Origin: Tubiluchus corallicola
Taxonomy: Eukaryota; Animalia; Priapulida
Assembly (NCBI GenBank): GCA_030141605.1
Contig: JAQGDQ010000381.1
Coordinates: 100,692-164,691 of the forward strand
Length of the DNA: 64,000 bases
Reading direction: 5' to 3'
Shown: positions 24,701 through 36,700 of the stretch, one piece after another
How positions within the stretch are numbered: position 1 is the stretch's first letter
Layout of the letters: the number at the start of each line of letters is the position of its first letter
Position numbers and translations under genes: made by a program
The notes under the pieces: generated by a model
Database searches by the model: none
What the model saw: only the letters and a program-made list of their open reading frames with translations
Told to the model about the DNA's origin: nothing

Positions 24701-27700
24701 TTTCTACTGACCTAGGACTACAGCCTAGCAAGTGCACTCAATCTCTGGGTTAATACTATTATACTCATTTTCTATGCAAACGTTTTACTGACCTAGGGCT
24801 ATAGCCTAGCAAGTGCACTCAATCTCTGGGTTAATACTATTATACTCATTTTCTTTGCAAACTTTTTACTGACCTAGGACTACAGCCTAGCAAATGCACT
24901 CAATCTCTGGGTTAATACTATTATACTCATTTTCTATGCAAACGTTTTACTGACCTAGGACTACAGCCTAGCAAATGCACTCAATCTCTGGGTTAGCACT
25001 ATTATACTCATTTTCTTTGCAAACTTTTTACTGACCTAGGACTACAGCCTAGCAAATGCACTCAATCTCTGGGTTAACACTATTATACCCATTTTCTTTG
25101 CAAACTTTCTACTGACCTGGTGTACAATACAAGTCAGAAAATTTGTACGTTGTCATGTCGTCTCTGATTTTTTGATTTAGGTTTCACAAATCCTCTAGAG
25201 CAGTGTGAATTCCATGAACTGTCTTACATGCAGAGAGTTTGGATAGTGAAATGTCTCTGTGATTATTGTTTGGTAAGTGCTGTACAATTGTTATGTACCC
25301 TCGTCGGTACCCTCAACCGTGTTTTCTTGTTTTTATTAACCCGTAGTAAAGTACAGTAAACGAGGTCTTTGACTGTTTAATAATTAACTGGTTCATCAAA
25401 TCGATTCGGATTTTTGTGGTAGAATTTTATCATATTTTTCATGCAGTTACATCTCAAATTGCTTGATTATTTTTTATTTAATTTTTTTTTAAATTTTCAA
25501 ATTTGTTAATTTCTTTGTTTATTTCTCTTTATTTGAATTTTTCGTAGATATTCAACTTTTACTGTTTTGCATCTTTTCTTTTAACACAAATTATGTTCTT
25601 ACGTTGATCAAATTCAATAACAAGTGAACAGCTTTCGGTAGCTGCAGTTGTTTTTGCGTTGAATTAATATTTTTATTAACTCCTTCAAGACTGTAAGAGT
25701 TTGCTGCATTTTGCCTGGCTTCATGAAAAACTGCTCTCACTAAGCAGCGATTACGTTGTATTTGATAATTTTTGTAGGTTTTTACTCCTCACACAATGGA
25801 CTTTCATACAAAATTATATACGAAATGCCTTTGCTTACCTTAGACAAATTAAAAATCTATTTTTGGCAAAGAAATTGAAAAAATCTTTCAGTAACTGCAG
25901 TGTTTGCACTGTAACAATGTACAGTATCACTTGTGTCAAATCAGCTAATGTAGAAAATTTCATCTACCCAGACAGAACACTCTGATAAACTTTGGACTCA
26001 AGTCTACTCTATATTTAAGGAGAAATTTCTGTTAAAAGATGAAAGAACCTTAATTTCTCCTTGCCTGATTGGTTGGTATTTGCTCAAACTCTGTACAGCA
26101 GAAATTTTCTTGGGCTGTAGTAGGCAGGTGGTCAGTAAAATAGCGTGTACGCTCACGCAAGTGCACACCAGACCAAGCTACTCAATTGGCTAAGTTAGAG
26201 CGCCGGAAGAGGGCGTGTTTTTCTTAAATTTATCCAAATAAATCGCTTATAAATGCCTAAACAAATAGCATAATTAGATAGCCGAGATTCTCCTGAATAG
26301 AACAGTACCTAATTTGTAATCATTTAGTTATGTCTGTGCTGATACAGTAGCATAAAAGTCATACTTCTTATAAGACGTATTTTGAATGGTGTGGTCCTGA
26401 AGGAGTTAACCTAATTTCATTCATTTAAACGGAATATGTTATAATCTGTTTCCACTGTTAAACTGTCATGATTAGGAGTTAGCGAGTACACTCATAAAAA
26501 CCCCAGATTTTTCAGCAAGATAATTGCCGATTAAGGATTTAAATTTTGCTATGGCTGATGCAGCAATCATCATGGCAGGCAGGTTATTCCATTGTTCACA
26601 ACTCTCACAGAAAATGAATATTTATGACCGCTCTTTAAACAGTTTTAAAGCATGTCTTCTACTTTAATACCAAACAACTGAATTAAATAATTTTTCAGCC
26701 AAAGTATTTTCTTTTTTAATCAGTATTTTATAAACCCCAGTAGGATCACCACGGTGTCTTATTAATTCAGGCATCTTCAAGTTACAATACTTCAATCTCT
26801 CTAAATATGTCAGATTTTTACAACATATATGATCTATAAGATAGAATGAATGTATAAAATTATAAAATTTTTCGTGCTCAGGAACACCACGTGTCTGTTT
26901 ACGATGCCATTGCCGCGTGGGACTTGCCGGACCAGAGGGAGCTAGTGCTCGGCAATGACGAACGCGGAAACACGTTTATTCATTTTCCGCAGTTTTGCGG
27001 AGACTGTCTGCGAGTGTACAAGCAGAGTTACATCCCGGAATCCGCCGGAGAACCGGAAGCGAGGCGACACTGGCTAGCCGATCTGTGCGGAGAGGCAGTA
27101 CCGGAAGAGCCTGTAAGCACGTATATTAAATTTAAAGACTTTCTTCACTTGTTAAAAATAAAATTTCCCGAATATTTGTTGAGGTGTAGTGGCTTCTTTA
27201 GCATGGAGTGTAGTGGCTTCCATAGAGTGTAGTGTAGTGGCTTCCTTAGAGTGGGGTGTAGTGGCTTCCGTAGAGTGGGGTGTAGTGGCTTCCGTAGAGT
27301 GGGGTGTAGTGGCTTCCGTAGAGTGGGGTGTAGTGGCTTCCGTAGAGTGGAGTGTAGTGGCTTCCATAGTGTATAATGTAGGGCTTCTGTAGCATGGGGT
27401 GTAGTGGTTTCCATAGAGTGGGCTGTAGTAACTTCTGCAGCTTGGGGTGTAGTGTCTTCTGTAGCATGGAGTGTAGTGGCTTCCGTAGAGTAGGGTGTAG
27501 TGACTTCTGTAGCTTGGGGTGTTGTGGCTTCAGTAGAGTGGGGTGTAGTAACTTCTGCAGCTTGGGGTGTAGTGGCTTCTGTAGTGTGTAATGTAGGGCT
27601 TCTGCAGCTTGGGGTGTAGTGGCTTCTGTAGTGTGTAATGTAGGTCTTCTGTAGCTTGGGGTGTAGTGGCTTCAATAGTGTCTAATGTAGGTCTTCTGTA

Positions 27701-30700
27701 GCATGGGGTGTAGTGGCTTCAATAGTGTCTAATGTAGGTCTTCTGTAGCATGGGGTGTAGTGGCTTCTGTAGTGTGTAATGTAGGTCTTCTGTAGCGTAG
27801 GGTGTAGTGGCTTCAATAGTGTGTAATGTAGGGCTTCTGTAGCATGGGGTGTAGTGGCTTCCGTAGTGTCTAATGTAGGTCTTCTGTAGCTTGGGGTGTA
27901 GTGGCTTCTGTAGTGTGTAATGTAGGTCTTCTGTAGCTTGGGGTGTAGTGGCTTCTGTAGTGTCTAATGTAGGTCTTCTGTAGCTTGGGGTGTAGTGGCT
28001 TCTGTAGTGTGTAATGTAGGTCTTCTGTAGCTTGGGGTGTAGTGGCTTCTGTAGCTTGAAGACTAGTTTTTTAGGTCTTATTATTTCTGGTTGAAGAGCA
28101 AAGTTACCTGCTAATCAGCTTTATTCTTGGTTTTATGAGCCTGTTGGTAAAGTAATGTTTCATAAGACTGCAAATCAGTTTAAAATTATTTCTGTTAGTT
28201 GGAAACTATGTTTAACTATTGGTACAGTCTGACTGCCATTTTGCTAAGACAAATTTATTCCACAGATAAATTAAGGCATGTATAAGGAAAGAGATTGTAT
28301 GATTATGCATGCCAACTGCTGCGAATAATTCTCGTTAAAAATAGTTTAACGAAACTATTTGTGTTTACAAAAACTACGGTAAATGTTATAGCAGGCATAG
28401 AAGGTTTATAAATGGCAAGCAGTTGAATGTCAATGGCAAGCAGTTGAATGTTAATGGCAAGCAGTTGAATGTCAATGGCAAGCAGTTGAATGTTAATGGC
28501 AAGCAGTTGAATGTTAATGGCAAGCAGTTGAATGTCAATGGCAAGCAGTTGAATGTTAATGGCAAGCAGTTGAATGTTAATGGCAAGCAGTTGAATGTCA
28601 ATGGCAAGCAGTTGAATGTCAATGGCAAGCAGTTGAATGTCAATGGCAAGCAGTTGAATGTTACTGACAAGCAGTTGAATGTCAATGGCAAGCAGTTGAA
28701 TGTCAATGGCAAGCAGTTGAATGTTAATGGCAAGCAGTTGAATGTTAATGGCAAGCAGTTGAATGTCAATGGCAAGCAGTTGAATGTTAATGGCAAGCAG
28801 TTGAATGTTAATGGCAAGCAGTTGAATGTTACTGGCAAGCAGTTGAATGTCAATGGCAAGCAGTTGAATGTTAATGGCAAGCAGTTGAATGTCAATGGCA
28901 AGCAGTTGAATGTCAATGCCAAGCAGTTGAATGTCAATGGCAAGCAGTTGAATGTTAATGGCAAGCAGTTGAATGTCAATGGCAAGCAGTTGAATGTTAA
29001 TGGCAATAATTTGAATGTTCTCCTTGTGTTATCCATCTAGTAAATACAGTCAAGCCTCGTTATACTTCCCCTCCCCATAACGCCACCTTTGCTGTGACCC
29101 GATTCTCATAAATATAGGGAATGTCGACAACCTCTCCTACCGCCACCGCCAACGTATCTGCCGTGCCAAAAATCTATTTTACATGATAAATCTACCCCGT
29201 TATAACGCCAGCCAAGACAAAGTACAATGAATTACCCCTGAAAACAGCCATTGTGTTGTGAAAACAGTGACCTCTGAACAGAAAAACAATTATGGTGTCT
29301 AAATTAAGATTTAGGTTTTGTAGCAAGTGACTGTATGAAAGTGAATGTTGAGGTTTTGAGCAAGGAACGTCCATTTTAAGAGTACAAGAGTTGTGTAGCT
29401 AAGCGTCAGTACCAAACTGATGTGAATGTAACGGCTGAAAGCTGTTCGACTCAAGGTCAAGTTATATTTGTCAGCTATTTATGGTCTTAATTATCTAGTA
29501 GTGTTGGATGCGTGGGTGGGCCATGTGGGTTCATATTCGGGGGGGGCAGTGGGTGCATATTTCTCTTACCAGGAGACAGCAGTATTTCACAATATTGCTA
29601 CTCCACATTGTGTTACACCACGCTGCCGTAGAACTACACCTACATTAATTTTGTTAATGCAACAGAAATGTACAGTATAACACATGTATCGTGTAGGTGT
29701 AATAATATTAGACTGTTTATGAGATACTAAAATTAACTTGGAAACAAAATACAAGTTACAGACTGGAATGGCTTTGATATTTAATGAACCTCGCCCTACC
29801 ACCAACCCCGCTAAAACGCCATATTTGGTGGTTCCCTACATGTGGAGTTATTCGTAGGCCTTAACTGTACAAAAGAAGTTGTGCAATTTTTAAGGGCATC
29901 TTCGTATTTCAGGGAATGTAATTCACTATCCTATGTTCATTACTGTGTTGAAGTGAATTGCAACTGAGTATGTTAATTAAACGTGTGGATATAAAGGAAG
30001 TTGACTGTTTTGGCTTTCAGGAAGAAGCTGTGGATGTCGTGAGCCCGTCTCCTTCGAAGTGTAGGAAGAGCAACCCCGTGATCGACTCACCGACGCTCTC
30101 ACGTGTTAGACCAAGTCGGTTACGTCAGGTACAGTTGCTTTTACCTGTGTCTTAAATTTTGTCGTTTTCTTTACATATTTAGAGTAGGGCTGAGCATCAA
30201 CTCGAACATTCGAATTTGTTTCGAAGGAGTTTTTTTCAGTTCAAATTTGATTCGAACCTAAAACTATAGATTTGAATAATTCAGCACTTCAATCACATAA
30301 GTTATTTATCATAAGTTCTTCAAACGACTGAAACATCATGCAATTAGTATAATTTAGCTGTGATTTCTATGCACAATTTTAAACAAATTATTAGTGATTA
30401 TGCTGCAGAACAAAATCTAGCAATATGCATGATCTTTGTAAGACTAATTTATATTGGTTGCTCAAAAACTTGTTGGAAAATTTTTCAATCTTATTTCGAA
30501 TTCCGAATCGAATTCGAGATAATGAAGTTCGGTTCGATTCAAATTAGAAAGTCACAAATTCGATTCGAATTTTGCTTTCTGGTAGAGAACGCTCACCCCT
30601 AGTTGAAAGTCCTTGCACAACAAAGAAATTTGGAGAGGCAGGTGAGTGATATGCACCGCTTCCAGTGTCTCCATGCTTCCACCTGAAGGTGAGTGATATG

Positions 30701-33700
30701 CACCGCTTCCAGTGTCTCCATGCTTCCACCTGAAGGTGAGTGATATGCACCGCTTCCAGTGTCTCCGTGCTTCCACCTGAAGGTGAGTGATATGCACCGC
30801 TTCCAGTGTCTCCATGCTTCCACCTGGAGGTGAGTGATATGCACCGCTTCCAGTGTCTCCGTGCTTCCACCTGGAGGTGACTGATATGCACCGCTTTCAG
30901 TGTCTCCGTGCTTCCACCTGGAGGCGAGTGACATGCACCACTTCCAGTGTCTCCGTGCTTCCACCTGGAGGCGAGTGAGTAAACGATTTGCTTCAGCATG
31001 ATAAATGAGAAGTTTTTAAAAGCAGTTTAAAAATAAAAATTGTGTAATTGTGTTTAAAGATTTAATTCTTTTTATTGTTTGCAGTTCGTCAGTCCAGTAG
31101 ACGTGTTCGATGCTGAGAAGGAGGAAAGAGTTAAACAATCAGTGAAAGAATCCGATGTGGACGATGCAATAAGCATCACGAGTGAAAAATCTTTTCTTTC
31201 TTCTCCGTCGTCCGATCTAGCGAGTCAGAAATCCAATTCTGCTAAGAAGAGAAAGAGAAGTAAGATATTCGGTCGCCGTCGGAAGTACACCAGACACAAA
31301 CCTTACATCCCGCATGTGAAAGGAACCGATGCAAGTCCCGGTATGACTAACAACAGTGATGCGGAGGATGATGAAAACACCAGGTCTACTAATAGTACGG
31401 TGAGGATGCTAGATTCGTGTGAAAATAGCATGCAGCAGAATGAAACGCTAGAGAACAGATGCAAAAGAAAGTTGCATTTTCCTGCAGAGGGCACCACACC
31501 CTCGTCTCGGTTCCCAGACGCTAAACACGATAAGCAAGAGGCACTTGAGATCTGCAGAGATGAAGTAGATAGTTGTATAAGAGACGTATTGAACGATTTG
31601 ATCTCGTGTGTTGAAAACGTTACCAGGGGCAAAGAACAATGTGATGTTTGTTGCATTCATTCGTCTTGGTGCGCATTGTTTAAATCACATTGTTGTTCAC
31701 TGACGTCAAACAGCAAACAAGACTTTGCCGATCGTGGTTTACAAAGTTGTGATAAAATTCTCAAATGTCCTACGATAAATAATGGTTTAGTTAGTGATTT
31801 GTTGATACCCGCTGTACTTAAACGTACCCCTTCAACTGAACATATGACAGATCGCAATTTAGTCGATGGAAATACGAAGGTCAGTGAGAAACTTATCCCG
31901 AATTTCATCCCGTCTACTTGGAGGCATTATGTCGACAAGAGGGGTGCTTGCACTTGCGGCAGTTTTTCAGAGAATTTGCCGCGATGGACGCAACTCGAAT
32001 TTCCTACCTCGGTCGAAGATGCGGACTTTGTGATGGTCGCCGAGGACGTGGAGCAACTCCGGTCGCTTGCAAAAAAATTTGAGTCGCCGCCAGTGCCTTT
32101 AAAGAAAACGAGGAAGCGTGTAAGTATGTCGGTAACACTTTTCTTCTGCTAAAAAAGATCAGGTTGTGTGATTACGGCGCTTTTGACGGTGCGTTATCAT
32201 TCAAGTTTGAAATAAGACCCGCTGACCGTAGCAGGTTTAGCTTTTTAGAGATTTCATAGACTTGCTGGCACCTCTTAACTCCTCCAGGACCGCACCATTG
32301 AAAATACGTCTTATAAGATCTATGTTACATCTCATTTTACACTAAATGTACCACTTCATGCAAAAAAACTTTTCAAATTAACTTCAAAAACTTAACTCTT
32401 TTAAGACCGCACCATTTGAAATAGCTCTTATAAGACCTTTGACGTTTCTGCTACTGTATGAGCACAGACATAACTAAATGATTACAAATTGGCTGCTGTT
32501 TTATTCGGGAGAGTCTCGGCTATCCAATCATGCTTTTTCATTAAACATTGATAAGTGATTTAATTGGATACAATTAAGCAACTTCATTATAGTCTGTTGA
32601 GTAGCTTAGTCTGGTGTACACATGCACAATCGTACTCACTATTTTATGTTATGCATTTTTTATATCATTTTTATACATTTTATGTTATGCAGCTACAGAA
32701 GCAGAAGCCATGCATCGCAGAACTGTACGAACGTTTACACAACATGTTAATTGAACTGAGTCCATTTGAGCACAAACTTCTACAGGCGGCACGCAGAGCT
32801 CGTCACAAACTGAAGAAAGATTATGACCTGTGGCAGACGAAAGGAGATGCGAAGGTTTGTCATTTTTCTTTAGCTGGCACTGGTAGATGTAACTGTTACA
32901 GACTTTACATGGTTTCGTAAACAAAGCAGTCCTTCTTCTACAGAAATTGCCAAGCTGTTGTGTTACTGGGGTGTCCTTCTTCTACAGAAATTGCCAAGCT
33001 GTTGTGTTACTGGGGTGTCCTTCTTCTACAGAAATTACCAAGCTGTTGTGTTACTGGGGTGTCCTTCTATAGAAATTGCCAAGCTGTTGTGTTACTGGGG
33101 CGTCCTTCTTCTACAGAAATTACCAAGCTGTTGTGTTACTGGGGTGTCCTTCTTCTACAGAAATTACCAAGCTGTTGTGTTACTGGGGCATCCTTCTTCT
33201 ACAGAAATTGCCAAGCTGTTGTGTTACTGGGGTGTCCTTCTTCTACAGAAATTACCAAGCTGTTGTGTTACTGGGGTGTCCTTCTTCTACAGAAATTGCC
33301 AAGCTGTTGTGTTACTGGGGTGTCCTTCTTCTACAGAAATTGCCAAGCTGTTGTGTTACTGGGGTGTCCTTCTTCTACAGAAATTACCAAGCTGTTGTGT
33401 TACTGGGGTGTCCTTCTTATACAGAAATTGCCAAGCTGTTGTGTTACTGGGGTGTCCTTCTTCTACAGAAATTGCCAAGCTGTTGTGTTACTGGGATGTC
33501 CTTCTTCTACGGAAATTGCCAAGCTGTTGTGTTACTGGGGTGTCCTTCTTATACAGAAATTGCCAAGCTGTTGTGTTACTGGGGTGTCCTTCTTCTATGG
33601 AAATTGCCAAGCTGTTGTGTTACTGGGGTGTCCTTCTTCTACAGAAATTACCAAGCTGTTGTGTTACTGGGGTGTCCTCCTTCTACGGAAATTGCCAAGC

Positions 33701-36700
33701 TGTTGTGTTACTGGGGCGTCCTTCTTCTACAGAAATTACCAAGCTGTTGTGTTACTGGGGTGTCCTTCTACAGAAATTGCCAAGCTGTTGTGTTACTGGG
33801 GTGTCCTTCTACAGAAATTACCAAGCTGTTGTGTTACTGGGGTGTCCTTCTTCTTCAGAAATTACCAAGCTGTTGTGTTACTGGGGTGTCCTTCTATAGA
33901 AATTGCCAAGCTGTTGTGTTACTGGGGTGTCCTTCTTCTACAGAAATTACCAAGCTGTTGTGTTACTGGGGTGTCCTTCTATAGAAATTGCCAAGCTGTT
34001 GTGTTACTGGGGCGTCCTTCTTCTACGGAAATTGCCAAGCTGTTGTGTTACTGGGGTGTCCTTCTTCTACAGAAATTGCCAAGTTGTTGTGTTACTGGGG
34101 TGTCCTTCTTCTACAGAAATTACCAAGCTGTTGTGTTACTGGGGTGTCCTTCTATAGAAATTGCCAAGCTGTTGTGTTACTGGGGCGTCCTTCTACAGAA
34201 ATTGCCAAGCTGTTGTGTTACTGGGGTGTCCTTCTATAGAAATTGCCAAGCTGTTGTGTTACGGCTTCTTCACAAAATTACCAAGCTGTTGTGTTACTGG
34301 GGTGTCCCCTATAGAAATTGCCAAGCTGTTGTGTTACTGGGGCGTCCTTCTTCTACGGAAATTGCCAAGCTGTTGTGTTACTGGGGTGTCCTTCTTCTAC
34401 AGAAATTGCCAAGTTGTTGTGTTACTGGGGTGTCCTTCTTCTACAGAAATTACCAAGCTGTTGTGTTACTGGGGTGTCCTTCTATAGAAATTGCCAAGCT
34501 GTTGTGTTACTGGGGCGTCCTTCTTCTACAGAAATTACTAAGCTGTTGTGTTACTGGGGTGCCCTTCTTCTACAGAAATTGCCAAGCTGTTGTGTTACTG
34601 GGGCATCCTTCTTCTACAGAAATTGCCAAGCTGTTGTGTTACTGGGGCGTCCTTCTTCTACAGAAATTACCAAGCTGTTGTGTTACTGGGGCGTCCTTCT
34701 TCTACAGAAATTACCAAGCTGTTGTGTTACTGGGGTGTCCTTCTACAGAAATTGCCAAGCTGTTGTGTTACTGGGGTGTCCTTCTACAGAAATTACCAAG
34801 CTGTTGTGTTACTGGGGTGTCCTTCTTCTACAGAAATTGCCAAGCTGTTGTGTTACTGGGGCATCCTTCTTCTACAGAAATTACCAAGCTGTTGTGTTAC
34901 TGGGGTGTCCTTCTTCTACAGAAATTACCAAGCTGTTGTGTTACTGGGGCGTCCTTCTTCTACAGAAATTATCAAGCTGTTGTGTTACTGGGGTGTCCTT
35001 CTTCTACAGAAATTGCCAAGCTGTTGTGTTACTGGGGTGTCCTTCTTCTACAGAAATTACCAAGCTGTTGTGTTACTGGGGTGTCCTTCTACAGAAATTG
35101 CCAAGCTGTTGTGTTACTGGGGTGTCCTTCTACAGAAATTACCAAGCTGTTGTGTTACTGGGGTGTCCTTCTTCTACAGAAATTACCAAGCTGTTGTGTT
35201 ACTGGGGCATCCTTCTTCTACAGAAATTGCCAAGCTGTTGTGTTACTGGGGTGTCCTTCTTCTACAGAAATTACCAAGCTGTTGTGTTACTGGGGCGTCC
35301 TTCTTCTACAGAAATTGCCAAGCTGTTGTGTTACTGGGGTGTCCTTCTTCTACAGAAATTACCAAGCTGTTGTGTTACTGGGGTGTCCTTCTTCTACAGA
35401 AATTACCAAGCTGTTGTGTTACTGGGGCGTCCTTCTTATACAGAAATTACCAAGCTGTTGTGTTACTGGGGCGTCCTTCTTCTACGGAAATTGCCAAGCT
35501 GTTGTGTTACTGGGGCGTCCTTCTTCTACAGAAATTACCAAGCTGTTGTGTTACTGGGGTGTCCTTCTTATACAGAAATTGCCAAGCTGTTGTGTTACTG
35601 GGGTGTCCTTCTTCTACGGAAATTACCAAGCTGTTGTGTTACTGGGGTGTCCTTCTTCTACAGAAATTACCAAGCTGTTGTGTTACTGGGGCGTCCTCCT
35701 TCTACAGAAACTGCCAAGCTGTTGTGTTACTGGGGTGTCCTTCTTCTACAGAAACTGCCAAGCTGTTGTGTTACTGGGGCGTCCTCCTTCTACGGAAATT
35801 GCCAAGCTGTTGTGTTACTGGGGTGTCCTTCTACAGAAATTACCAAGCTGTTGTGTTACTGGGGAGTCCTTCTTCTATGGAAATTGCCAAGCTGTTGTGT
35901 TACTGGGGCGTCCTTCTTCTTCAGAAATTACCAAGCTGTTGTGTTACTGGGGCGTCCTCCTTCTACAGAAACTGCCAAGCTGTTGTGTTACTGGGGTGTC
36001 CTTCTTCTACAGAAACTGCCAAGCTGTTGTGTTACTGGGGCGTCCTCCTTCTACGGAAATTGCCAAGCTGTTGTGTTACTGGGGAGTCCTTCTTCTATGG
36101 AAATTGCCAAGCTGTTGTGTTACTGGGGCGTCCTTCTTCTTCAGAAATTACCAAGCTGTTGTGTTACTGGGGCGTCCTTCTTCTACAGAAATTACCAAGC
36201 TGTTGTGTTACTGGGATGTCCTTCTTCTACAGAAATTACCAAGCTGTTGTGTTACTGGGGTGTCCTGCTTCTACAGAAATTACCAAGCTGTTGTGTTACT
36301 GGAGTGTCCTTCTACAGAAATTGCCAAACTGTTGTGTTACTGGATAGTCCTTCTTCTACAGAAATTACCAAGCTGTTGTGTTACTGGGGTGTCCTTCTAC
36401 AGAAATTGCCAAGCTGTTGTGTTACCGGGGGTGACCAATGAGCTGTAGGTAATTTGGCTTTCCACAGTTTCATTGTACGCACTCGCAGTTGCTGTAGGAC
36501 AAAGGTTAAGTGTACCACAGTAATGCGTCGTAACTCGTAACTCGTAACATGGGTAAAGCAAAGCTGTCCGTTCAGTGACTTCAGCTATCTGTTAAAAGCA
36601 TGGGCTGCGAGGCGTTGTCAAGTGTACACAAATGCGTTGTCTGGAACACTTAACCGATGGCTTTTCACGATCGTCATCAATCGTTGAAACTGTGAAAAGG

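Noticed and set aside
27145-27675. Mucin-like TEATTPHS ORFs
   Set aside because: Antisense translation of the 24-bp array, with frame changes between units.
28386-29040. ORFs on both strands (NGKQLNV)n and (CLPLTFN)n
   Set aside because: Translation of a 21-bp intronic array; no exon context.
30544-30999. Three overlapping minus-strand ORFs
   Set aside because: Product of the 47-bp array.
1-36432. Regular repeats as CRISPR arrays
   Set aside because: No unique spacers, no cas genes, and the context is spliceosomal eukaryotic genes.
32958-36448. Overlapping 300-1162-aa Cys/Leu-rich ORFs as a stand-alone gene
   Set aside because: They come from a stop-free 44/41-bp unit read in all frames, use TTG starts and lie in BRD10 intron 14.
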